A DNA stretch of 25,156 bases from contig JAEOTM010000162.1 of NCBI GenBank assembly GCA_016839815.1, positions 1-25,156 on the forward strand, read 5' to 3'. Position 1 is the first letter of the stretch. The number at the start of each line of letters is the position of its first letter. Below, in pieces: positions 1 to 8,698 of the stretch. The DNA comes from Candidatus Hodarchaeota archaeon. GTDB taxonomy: Archaea; Asgardarchaeota; Heimdallarchaeia; Hodarchaeales; Hodarchaeaceae. Under the pieces are notes generated by a model. It saw only the letters and a list, made by a program, of their open reading frames with translations, had not been told where the DNA came from and did no database searches. The position numbers were made by a program, and so were the translations under genes.

Positions 1-459
1 ATAGAAGCTAATATTGATACTAATACAGAATATCAGGAATTAGTAACTAAGCTTGAATCATGGGTAAAAATTGGTTTTTCCAATCCGATAATGGAAAAAC
101 ACTTTGAAGAAACTATTCGCGGGATTCATGAGATTCGAGATTGGCAATTAATGAAAACAGAGGAATATTACCCAATTATATTTCAGTTAATTAATTCTAA
201 TAGACATCAACGATCAGATAAACAAATCCACAAATTCTTACAAAAAAAGACGAATGACGATAAAATTACATTCTTTCTCCTATCACAGGTATTAAGGACA
301 AATCCAGTCTTGCACAGCAAAGTAGTTGAGCTATGTAAAGAAAAAAGTATAATATTTGAAGAAATTAAAGGAATATTTACCCGTGTTATGAAGCTTTTAG
401 CTGAAGAAACCACAGATCCTAAAGTGAAACAGTATATTAACCTATTTCTAAAGAGATAA
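1..459 (+). CDS. Hypothetical alpha-helical protein, 5'-truncated by the window edge
   Basis: Frame +1 is open from base 1 (IEANIDTNTEYQELVTKLESWVKIG...) through the 91..459 ORF, so the true start probably lies upstream. Amphipathic helical pattern; no recognisable motif. Confidence 0.75.
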   Translation: MEANIDTNTEYQELVTKLESWVKIGFSNPIMEKHFEETIRGIHEIRDWQLMKTEEYYPIIFQLINSNRHQRSDKQIHKFLQKKTNDDKITFFLLSQVLRTNPVLHSKVVELCKEKSIIFEEIKGIFTRVMKLLAEETTDPKVKQYINLFLKR

Positions 460-492
460 ACACACATCATTCAAATGGAATGTTGGATAAAG

Positions 493-918
493 ATGAAGAT
501 TTATTTATCAGGTGCGATACGTGGAGGAAGGCAATTCCAAAAAACTTACGAGATTATTCTTGATTTTCTGAAAGAAGAAAACCACAATGTGCTTACATTC
601 CATGTAGCCTCAAAAAATGTCCTAGAGATGGAGAATTCTTTGAGAGAGATTGAAATTTTTACCCAAGATGAGAATTGGTTGAATGAATGTGATTGTGTCA
701 TTGCTGAAGTATCAGTACCAAGTCTGGGAGTAGGTTATGAAATTGCACATGCCTTATGCGTTAAGAAACCAGTATTGGCCATATATGAAGTAGAGGTTAC
801 CCCTATTTCAGCTATGATTGCTGGAAACACATCTTCCTTAATAGAAGTTGTGAGTTATAATTCACATTCCCAATTAATAGAAGTTTTGCGCTCTTTTCTG
901 GATAGAATAATGAATTAG
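493..918 (+). CDS. 2'-deoxynucleoside 5'-phosphate N-hydrolase (DNPH1/Rcl-like; nucleoside 2-deoxyribosyltransferase superfamily)
   Basis: MKIYLSGAIRGGR N-terminus, D-W-L--CD-VIAEVS-PSLGVGYE motif and ISAMIAG segment match Rcl/DNPH1. The ATG at 493 fits the family N-terminus better than 475. Confidence 0.88.
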   Translation: MKIYLSGAIRGGRQFQKTYEIILDFLKEENHNVLTFHVASKNVLEMENSLREIEIFTQDENWLNECDCVIAEVSVPSLGVGYEIAHALCVKKPVLAIYEVEVTPISAMIAGNTSSLIEVVSYNSHSQLIEVLRSFLDRIMN

Positions 919-995
919 ATCCTCTCTAAAGGTACGAATTGTATCTAATAGAAAAAATTAAACCCACAGATAGATAGGAAGTCTGCGAGTGAAAT

Positions 996-1646
996 CTAGG
1001 GATCTTGAGTTGAAAATCTCTCAAAAAGGGGACGAATTGACAATCCAATTAAGATCATTAAAAGGTCTAACCCGACGATTGTAAGTAAGAAAAATGTGAA
1101 CATTGGTTGAATAGTCGGAAGCTGGGCAAGAGTAGGAGGGGTGAGAGAAAAAAAGCCGAAGAAATCCATGAAGTCATTGAAAAAGGTGATTAAGATTACT
1201 ATTATTGTTCCTTTATTAAAACGCAGATCTTTAAGGAAAGGGAGAATTATAAGGGCTTGAAGGAGCAAAATAGTATGTCCTATGATGACAATCTCAATGT
1301 CGAGCGAATCAAAATTAGCGACAATGAGATAAGTAAAAATTGCTCCTCTAATCCCGTGGATGAATACAAACAGGTTGTAATTCAAAAATCGTTGTTTGTT
1401 GCCTTGAAGATAGAATCCAAGTAAGAGAAAAACGGCCATTGGACAGTCAGGAATTAATATCCATAAGTAGGGAGGAAAATCGGTTATACCAATGACATCA
1501 ACGTAGTACTGGAATCCGATTAATGCCCCAATCAAATTTCCCATGATGAGTAGATATAAAACCCATTTTTTGCTTAGGATTTGTATTTCATGCTTTCTTA
1601 AGGAACTAAATGCCTGATATAAGGTTGCAGTCATACGAGTGCACAT
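996..1646 (-). CDS. DUF1405 (YpjA-like) multi-pass membrane protein
   Basis: N-xxG---G-xYY followed by LWILIPDCP (family pattern W-x-x-x-PDSP) and a later FNDFMDF motif; about 6-7 hydrophobic segments. Start may be the ATG at 1634. Confidence 0.7.
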   Translation of the reverse strand: MCTRMTATLYQAFSSLRKHEIQILSKKWVLYLLIMGNLIGALIGFQYYVDVIGITDFPPYLWILIPDCPMAVFLLLGFYLQGNKQRFLNYNLFVFIHGIRGAIFTYLIVANFDSLDIEIVIIGHTILLLQALIILPFLKDLRFNKGTIIVILITFFNDFMDFFGFFSLTPPTLAQLPTIQPMFTFFLLTIVGLDLLMILIGLSIRPLFERFSTQDP

Positions 1647-1756
1647 AAATATCCATTTATTAAAACTCTCTGCTATACGAGAAATTACATCAAGTTCTTA
1701 AATTACGAAATCTCATAAAGTAATGATTTTTGTTTAATAAGATGAGATGAACAAAG

Positions 1757-2848
1757 TTGGATAGAGACGTTCTTTTTTGCGTTTTTACAAAATTAAAGCA
1801 AGCTTTGCCTGTTTTTTATACAAAACATGGACTCTCGGATTCTGAAGCCTCTCAAGTTGCATTAAAGTCGACAATGACATTATCAATGATGACTAGCTCA
1901 GAATTAGATAATACTGAGGCTATTCTCCCTTTTCCTGGTCTTACAAAACAACCTATTGGATTCATATATTTATTCCAAATCAATCAGGATGATCCAGTGA
2001 CACCGCGTTGTGTAGCAGCACTCATATACCTTGTGTCTCATGAGCAGCAGGCATTTTTGTATTCCAAAATACCTTTTCTTAAACATACTGCGGATGATAT
2101 TGCCGCAAAAATTAAACAACAATTCATCTACGAAGAAAATGCAATTTTTCCTAAAAGCTTACAAGATTTGTTGAATAACTGGGAAGTGTCTGATAAAGAT
2201 ACTACTACCCAAGTACAAATTATTGAAAAAAGGGTTACTTACTCTGAGAAAACAGAAGGTGGTAATCTTGATTTCTTATTTTCTCAAATTAAGAAAAACG
2301 ATGATAGAATTCTGGGTGCAATTTATCGTGGAAATCCCATTCTTGTAACGGGAGAATCTCAAGTTATGATTGATCTTATTGTTCATAGTATCGATCTTCT
2401 TCTCCCCCAAATCATTCTTCGGAAAGTGAGTTACACTGAAGACCTAATCGATCCTAAACAAGCGGATATCATAGGGATTTCGAAAAACCTTATCAAACGC
2501 TACCCTAAGGAACTCTTAATTGATAGTGGAAAAAAACAGGTTAAAAACGGCCAATCGTGTAATTACTCAAAGGAGGTACTGAAACAGATCCGAAGAGAAC
2601 CTGCACGTGCCGAAACTATTCTTACACGAGCATATACGCAGATTTTGGAAGTAGCAAATCTCCTGCTAGATATTTTTACCTATCCTGAAGAAGAACGAGA
2701 GAAACTCATTACAGATGTTCGCAGGCAGCACAATGAAGCCTTAATTGAAGTGGCAGTGGACCTATCTGCACAAAGAAATCCTTTGATACGCAATTTACTT
2801 CTCGAGCAAGTTTCTTCTCGTTTTATGGATTGGATAGACGGTTTGTAA
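1757..2848 (+). CDS. DENN-like protein (longin-type uDENN + cDENN + helical C-terminus), putative small-GTPase regulator
   Basis: The N-terminal ~140 aa has a longin-like strand/helix order (VLFCVF...GFIYLFQI...PRCVAALIYLV). The central LDFLFSQI...ILGAIYRGNPILVTGES-x5-IVHSIDLLLP...IIGIS...LLIDS matches the cDENN pattern. Confidence 0.62.
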   Translation: MDRDVLFCVFTKLKQALPVFYTKHGLSDSEASQVALKSTMTLSMMTSSELDNTEAILPFPGLTKQPIGFIYLFQINQDDPVTPRCVAALIYLVSHEQQAFLYSKIPFLKHTADDIAAKIKQQFIYEENAIFPKSLQDLLNNWEVSDKDTTTQVQIIEKRVTYSEKTEGGNLDFLFSQIKKNDDRILGAIYRGNPILVTGESQVMIDLIVHSIDLLLPQIILRKVSYTEDLIDPKQADIIGISKNLIKRYPKELLIDSGKKQVKNGQSCNYSKEVLKQIRREPARAETILTRAYTQILEVANLLLDIFTYPEEEREKLITDVRRQHNEALIEVAVDLSAQRNPLIRNLLLEQVSSRFMDWIDGL

Positions 2849-2855
2849 AAAAAAA
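2847..2855 (-). terminator. Oligo-T (T9) tract, probable archaeal intrinsic terminator for the 2875..3705 gene
   Basis: A9 on the + strand, about 20 nt downstream of the minus-strand stop at 2875, between convergent genes. Confidence 0.45.
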
Positions 2856-2874
2856 GGAGGATTAGGGAAGGTTT

Positions 2875-3705
2875 TTAACTTCTAGAAGCACCTAACCAAC
2901 CCTTTGCCCAGTTAGGTGTATAAAAAGCTATCCACATAAGTACAGCATAAATCATGATCATAAATCTTGATGATAAAGACCATACTGTCTCATTTAGTAG
3001 TAAATCAAAATTCATTCCAATATCACTAAAGAATGTAGTGAATGCAGAGGGATTCAAGATTTCGATAGTAAATCCAATAGAGAGAATTACTTGAGTTATG
3101 AATAACCATCCAACTCGGCGCCATGTAGATACATTTTTACGTTTTAATGAAAATGCTAAGTAGAGGAATAAGAAAGGAACTGTCCAGAGTGGTATTAAGG
3201 AAAGAACAGCCGTTATCGCATTGGTTACTGACTCGTGCTCAGGAGACCAGTCAGAACCCGTAGAAATATATTGAAAAGGTGCAGTAACAAGAATCACAAA
3301 CCATAAAAACATTAAAAATATTGGAATTAATAGTAGCTTTTTATCTCTTTCAGGAAAGAACGAGAGCGTGAAGATATTTGCAGAGATTATTGCTAAACCA
3401 CTAGTTAACCACGCAAGTGCTGCAAAAAGGAAAGCAACATAGAATACATCAATTTCAGAAAATTGGAATATTGTGAGGCTTTCCGCCATTTGAGTAACTG
3501 ATTCTTCTACATAAAATCGTAATACTAATTGTTCGAGTGTTAGTGAAAGCAGAGCTAATCCGCCAAGAAGCAGAAGTAAAGATAGATACAAAGTCTGTTT
3601 CTTTTCAGATTGTTGGTACGAAAGGAAAAGACGAGTACCAAGGATAAAGTAAAAAATAATCCCTAATACAACAAAAATAATTCCAAGAATTTCTGTAAAT
3701 TCCAT
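2875..3705 (-). CDS. Stand-alone 7-TM membrane protein (HisKA_7TM-like sensor domain, no output domain)
   Basis: Seven hydrophobic segments; basic loops after TM1 (QQSEKKQT) and TM5 (KRKNVSTWRR); only a short C-terminal tail. Confidence 0.65.
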   Translation of the reverse strand: MEFTEILGIIFVVLGIIFYFILGTRLFLSYQQSEKKQTLYLSLLLLLGGLALLSLTLEQLVLRFYVEESVTQMAESLTIFQFSEIDVFYVAFLFAALAWLTSGLAIISANIFTLSFFPERDKKLLLIPIFLMFLWFVILVTAPFQYISTGSDWSPEHESVTNAITAVLSLIPLWTVPFLFLYLAFSLKRKNVSTWRRVGWLFITQVILSIGFTIEILNPSAFTTFFSDIGMNFDLLLNETVWSLSSRFMIMIYAVLMWIAFYTPNWAKGWLGASRS

Positions 3706-3884
3706 AATATTTTTACCTCAAATTCAAACTAATAGAAATAATCTTTTGGCTCATAGTTCTATCGTGCTCAAAAAGTTTATGACAATAAATACTTGTATAG
3801 ATTTTGACAAAAAACACTTTAATCGATTCGAAAAACTCAGTTTTGCATATTTTGGGAGTAATCCAAATCTCTTGGGTGATTCTA

Positions 3885-5363
3885 TTGGTAATTTCTTCTG
3901 ATAGTAAACTTGATGAAATCGGTGTGGAATTCGAAAAATTTCATATTCAACTTGCAGAGCAGCGTTATAATCAGACAAGTGGTTTAGAATATGATAAATC
4001 AGTGATGGAAGCAGCAAGTAGCTCCCTTGTTGAGTTAAGTACAACTTTCCTAAATGAATTCAGTGAACCTCGGTCATTTTATCTTCACTGTATTGGAGCA
4101 ATCTCACAAGCTCGAAAACTCCCAGTAACATTAGAGCTTTACGAAAAAAGAACAGAAATATTATCCAGCGAGAACTTCAAAATACATGGGAAACCCGTGA
4201 ACTGGGGTTCATGGCGACAATTTAATGCCTCCGAAACAGAGGACAAAAATCGGAAAAATGTATATGATGAGTTTATTCAAAAAGCACCACAAATTGCCCC
4301 ATTAATAACTAAACGATTTAATATCGCGCAACAAGTCTATAAGTTGTATGAAACCAGTCCTTTAGATGCGTATCTCGAACAAGAATCCATAACTTATGAT
4401 AAATTAAAAGATTTTATTAATATATTAGGAGATGGAGCAAGAAAAGCATTTTTGGAGGCAGCTGACCATTTTGCTCCTGAAATTCTCGGTAAGGATTCAT
4501 TTGATTATTATGACGACTTCTATCTGGCTAGAGGACGAATATACTCACCTTTGAATAAGTATTTCAATAAAAAGAATCCGCAGAAAGCTATTGAGAAGGT
4601 ATTGAATAACTTGGGATTTGGAGAGGAGTTACATAAAATAAAGGTTGATAGTGAGGATAGAGAAAAGAAGTCACCTTCGGCATTTTGTTTTGGAATACAA
4701 GTTCCTCACGATATACGTGTTGTTTACAAACACGTTTCACCATTCAGTGATTTTACGAGCCTTTTTCATGAGTATGGTCATGGAATCCATGGCGCATCGG
4801 GTTTAGAAGGAGATCCATTTTGGAAACGGTATATTGTACCCATGAGTGTGGCCGAAACTTTTTCTATCTTTCTTGAAACGTTGTTGCAGCAACCGCTGTT
4901 TTTACTAAACGAGCTTGGGATGAATGAAGAAGTAATTCAAGATATAATTGATCGTCGTCATTTTATGAACTTATATTTCTTGGTTTTTTATGCGGCGAAT
5001 GCTCTGATGAAAATTGAATTTTGGAAACAAGATTATGGTTATGAAGACGCTTCCAAGCGATTTCAAGAATTAACAAAACGTTACTATTGGGAAATTCCTG
5101 GTGATTACTGGTTAACACATCATATTACCCCTAATTATGATGTTTATGCTCCTTCCTATATGCTGGCCAGCGTGAGGGTAAAAGAATGGATAAATCAAAT
5201 GATCGATGAATTTGGTGAAGAATTTTGGCGGGGAGAACCAGCGAAGCAAGTGGGTGCTGTTATACGAGAATTAGCTGCAGCCCGAGGAGAATTTGACCTT
5301 TCCGTTTGGGATATGGATCCACAACCCTTCTTAAAGGAGCAATCTGAGTTTTCTTTTCTTTAG
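3885..5363 (+). CDS. M3/M32-like gluzincin zinc metallopeptidase
   Basis: HEYGH zinc motif with a downstream Glu in VAETFS, upstream KSPSAFCF segment and YAPSY motif. The in-frame TTG at 3885 preceded by GGTGA is a better start than 3804. Confidence 0.82.
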   Translation: MVISSDSKLDEIGVEFEKFHIQLAEQRYNQTSGLEYDKSVMEAASSSLVELSTTFLNEFSEPRSFYLHCIGAISQARKLPVTLELYEKRTEILSSENFKIHGKPVNWGSWRQFNASETEDKNRKNVYDEFIQKAPQIAPLITKRFNIAQQVYKLYETSPLDAYLEQESITYDKLKDFINILGDGARKAFLEAADHFAPEILGKDSFDYYDDFYLARGRIYSPLNKYFNKKNPQKAIEKVLNNLGFGEELHKIKVDSEDREKKSPSAFCFGIQVPHDIRVVYKHVSPFSDFTSLFHEYGHGIHGASGLEGDPFWKRYIVPMSVAETFSIFLETLLQQPLFLLNELGMNEEVIQDIIDRRHFMNLYFLVFYAANALMKIEFWKQDYGYEDASKRFQELTKRYYWEIPGDYWLTHHITPNYDVYAPSYMLASVRVKEWINQMIDEFGEEFWRGEPAKQVGAVIRELAAARGEFDLSVWDMDPQPFLKEQSEFSFL

Positions 5364-5370
5364 CAGCTAA

Positions 5371-7965
5371 TCAGGAAAAGATATTCCAGTCCATAGTATC
5401 TGCGGTAGTTAGAATTAGATTGAAAGTATCTAAGTCATCAATAGGGTTAACAAAACCAGCTAATTCAATTCCATTAATTAATTTTAGACAGTTATTTGAA
5501 TTAACATAAATTGAAGGAGTTGTATTAAGTGTGATATCCCCTTTCAACAAGTTCTGCCATTTAGTAATTGCACTCTGATTCAATAGATGGGTTGGAATAT
5601 TATCTAGAATATCAAAGGTTTGATTAGCAATGATTTGGCTCTGTGTAAAGTTTCCTCGTGCATTAGTATAATTAGCTGGTGGGGATAGCAAATCAATAGT
5701 AATAGTTTCATTTAATGTCTTTATTCCTAAGGAAAATGAGGAACTAGCATCATATGTGCCTTGAAGTGCGTCAAAATATTCCTCTACGACATCAAATTCC
5801 GTACGTGTGTCGTCAATAAAAATTTGCAATTCTCCTAGGAAGGAATTTAATTCTTCAAACTCTAGCTCACTTTGTGATGTAACAATGTTACTCATTTCGT
5901 TTAAACTAATCTGTGTGGCATTTAAGTACATTGACGTGTCATCTAATCCATGATCGATTTCTTGCCAAATTGGGTCATCAATATTAGATACGTTAGAAAA
6001 TGCCACATCTTCGAATAACCTTAGTGTATTATTTAGCTGTTGAAACATTTGAGATCCGTTTTCTATCGTATAAAGGAAGTATTGAGTGACAGAATGGAGA
6101 TTGGTACTAAATTCTGCAAGATCTCGTATAGGAACAATTGAAGTATTGGGTAATGTATCTACATCAATGTCTAAGATTGAGGTAGATAGATCAAAATCAT
6201 CCACAGCACTTTGTAAATAGGAACTATCGAAATTAAAATCAAATAAATCGTCTATCACCAGTGTTAATTTATATGTACTATTAACCCACGGAGTTAATCC
6301 ATCTAAAATAGTGATTAAGACGGGAAGTACTACTTCAAGTTCAGTAAGTACAGACGAAATTTCCGCAAATACGGAATAATCAATTTTCTCTCGTGCTTGA
6401 GAAAATAGAGTGAGAAGAGGATCTTCAATAGAAGAAAGATTATTTGTACCCTGAAGTAAAAGATTAAGCGCTTCTCGCATAGAAGGATCATATGTTGCAG
6501 TGGCCATTGCTCCATGACCACCGACAGCAGATTGGCCAATAGAATCTTGCAGGATGGAAAAAGTAAGATTAATTCCTGATTCTAAATTTGTTAATGACCA
6601 CAAAAGGTTAGGAACATAATCTAGAGATTTGGAAACTACATCTGTTAGTGCAAGAATTTTTGGGAGATCTTTTAATGGGATTCCAGCTACTTTAGGAATA
6701 ATAGCTGGCAGTAGGAATGCGATTAGCGGATTTTCTGCAAATTGAGTAAATGAATTATTTGCTTTATTAAAATTGAACTGTGCTGAGGCTATTAATGCTA
6801 GTAGGTCGTCAAGATTTTCTTCAAGGTTTGTAAAGAATTTGTCAGAAAATATTTCTGCTGTTTCAGTAACTCCAATGCTTGCATAGAGGGTTCCCTCCAT
6901 ACCTTTTCCAAAAGCATGATAAGTTGTTGGGATAGCAATTATCGAAATTAAAAACAATGCTGCGAAAAATGTCTTAACTGTAATGGTACGGAAATTAAGT
7001 TTTTTATCAACCTTTTCGAGCAAGCCTGATAGCCCAGCACCAATGGTAAATGGAATAATACCGAGAAGGATGATATCAAGAAAGGGGACAATTGCACCCA
7101 AGAGATCAAAACCAATAAAGATCTGAGGGCCTATTGAACTGACAATTGGTTTATTACGTAAAATTCCCACAAGATTCTGCCGAGAAATGTTGTTAAAAAT
7201 ACCCCATGGATTTATCCCATCAATCAATATGTCAAAATGAACCAGAGTTTCAACTATTAAATATGAAATAATTAAAGATATTACCCCGATGGGAGCGTGA
7301 CGTAAAGAACGTTTGACTATGGAATATGAACATACTAGTATTGAGAGGAGACCTAGAACTAGCAGATATGAAGTCATCTCATCTAGCCATTCGAGAGGGA
7401 GAACGATAACAACTAAAGTTGGTAAGATAATACTTAAAAGGAAGAGTGACACTTTTCCTTCCGTTGTTTCGAATATAGGGACGTAGGAGGCTTTTTTCGT
7501 GAGTTCTTCAATATTGGATGCATGATAAATCGCTTTGATCCTCCCTAATCCCTGAATTGGTGCTGTTTCTGGTTTAATTATCTGAATTAAAAGATTCACA
7601 AGTGTCTTGTAGCCAATATAGTTGTACTGAGCATCAATTCCTTCTAAAACGAGGTATTCAAATTTATTCCTAAAGAGGAGTGAGATCGGACCAATTTTTT
7701 CAAAAACTAGCATCAAAATATGAATTTCCTCATTGTTACTAAGATGGTCACAATTCTTAAATTTGAGATTTTTCAAATCGCCTTGGGCAAATCCATATCT
7801 CTGGCCCCGACTGTGTTCTCCTAAGGCTCGTAACATCTTCTCTTTAGGAAAACTAGGAAATTCTATTGATGGATCGGTTATTGAGTTGACATTAAAACGG
7901 AAGGATTCAATTTTAGCTTTACCTTTGGCTTGTAAATTGAAACTGATTTGACAAAAATTTGGCAT
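5371..7965 (-). CDS. Large membrane protein: soluble N-domain, ~5 TM, ~500-aa acidic helical (probably extracellular, N-glycosylated) C-domain
   Basis: 864-aa ORF. TM segments lie between about residues 174 and 350. About 15 N-x-S/T sequons in the C-terminal part and none in the first 170 aa. Heptad-like amphipathic helices. Confidence 0.75.
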   Translation of the reverse strand: MPNFCQISFNLQAKGKAKIESFRFNVNSITDPSIEFPSFPKEKMLRALGEHSRGQRYGFAQGDLKNLKFKNCDHLSNNEEIHILMLVFEKIGPISLLFRNKFEYLVLEGIDAQYNYIGYKTLVNLLIQIIKPETAPIQGLGRIKAIYHASNIEELTKKASYVPIFETTEGKVSLFLLSIILPTLVVIVLPLEWLDEMTSYLLVLGLLSILVCSYSIVKRSLRHAPIGVISLIISYLIVETLVHFDILIDGINPWGIFNNISRQNLVGILRNKPIVSSIGPQIFIGFDLLGAIVPFLDIILLGIIPFTIGAGLSGLLEKVDKKLNFRTITVKTFFAALFLISIIAIPTTYHAFGKGMEGTLYASIGVTETAEIFSDKFFTNLEENLDDLLALIASAQFNFNKANNSFTQFAENPLIAFLLPAIIPKVAGIPLKDLPKILALTDVVSKSLDYVPNLLWSLTNLESGINLTFSILQDSIGQSAVGGHGAMATATYDPSMREALNLLLQGTNNLSSIEDPLLTLFSQAREKIDYSVFAEISSVLTELEVVLPVLITILDGLTPWVNSTYKLTLVIDDLFDFNFDSSYLQSAVDDFDLSTSILDIDVDTLPNTSIVPIRDLAEFSTNLHSVTQYFLYTIENGSQMFQQLNNTLRLFEDVAFSNVSNIDDPIWQEIDHGLDDTSMYLNATQISLNEMSNIVTSQSELEFEELNSFLGELQIFIDDTRTEFDVVEEYFDALQGTYDASSSFSLGIKTLNETITIDLLSPPANYTNARGNFTQSQIIANQTFDILDNIPTHLLNQSAITKWQNLLKGDITLNTTPSIYVNSNNCLKLINGIELAGFVNPIDDLDTFNLILTTADTMDWNIFS

Positions 7966-7969
7966 AGCT

Positions 7970-8001
7970 TTTCACGAATCTTGGTTATTTCACGAATCTT
8001 G
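7970..8001. repeat. 14-bp perfect direct repeat TTTCACGAATCTTG x2 (18-bp period)
   Basis: Copies at 7970..7983 and 7988..8001, immediately upstream of the 864-aa gene start in the divergent intergenic region. Confidence 0.85.
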
Positions 8002-8152
8002 ATAAGTCAATATTATTATCCATAAATATAATACTAACCTAATTCGATATAAATCGCTGAAATTGGCGAATCCTTTTAAGAAAATACTTTTCAGAGAGGA
8101 TCAATAAAAATTAGACATATTTGTCGTTCAAATTATTCTAGGAGATAGTTAC

Positions 8153-8692
8153 ATGCCGAAGAAGAAAGGAAAAACGGGTAAATTTGCTTTTAAACTCCTT
8201 TTAGTTGGAGAACCCGAAGTTGGGAAAACTAGCTTGATCAAACGATATGTAGATAATTTTTTTGAAGAGGGGTATCAAATCACATTAGGTGTTGACTTTT
8301 TGTCAAAAACTGTCAATTTAGAATTGGATGAAGGACATCAAGAGCTTATTTATCAGATTTGGGATGTAGCAGGTCAATCAGGCTTCACTAATTTTCGTCA
8401 TTTATATCTTAAAAAAGCCCATGGCGTTTTCCTCGTGTTTGATCTAACTAGGTCCGATGATACTTTCACTAAACTCGAAAGATGGAGAAATGACGTTAAA
8501 GAACAGAGTCCAAATGCTAAAATAATAGTGATTGGTAATAAGGAAGATTTAGCAGAGGGTAAGGTTCCTGGTTCAAAGAAAGAAATAATTGAAAAGCTTG
8601 AAGCCGAGGAATTTATAACAACATCGGCTAAAACCGGATCTAAGGTAGAAGATGCTTTCATTCAAATGGGTAAGCTGATTTTAGGAGAGTAG
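8153..8692 (+). CDS. Rab-like small GTPase (Ras superfamily)
   Basis: G1 GEPEVGKTS, G2 YQITLGVDF, G3 WDVAGQ, G4 NKED, G5 SAK; GVFLVFDLT; no C-terminal prenylation Cys. Confidence 0.95.
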   Translation: MPKKKGKTGKFAFKLLLVGEPEVGKTSLIKRYVDNFFEEGYQITLGVDFLSKTVNLELDEGHQELIYQIWDVAGQSGFTNFRHLYLKKAHGVFLVFDLTRSDDTFTKLERWRNDVKEQSPNAKIIVIGNKEDLAEGKVPGSKKEIIEKLEAEEFITTSAKTGSKVEDAFIQMGKLILGE

Positions 8693-8698
8693 AAGCAA

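Noticed and set aside
2875-3705. 7-TM proteins (here and 20132..21229) as rhodopsins or true GPCR homologs
   Set aside because: No Schiff-base Lys motif in TM7 and no DRY/NPxxY-type motifs; only the topology is shared.
3804-3884. Apparent hydrophobic signal/TM segment at the N-terminus of the M3-like peptidase
   Set aside because: Probably an artefact of ORF over-extension upstream of the SD-led TTG at 3885.
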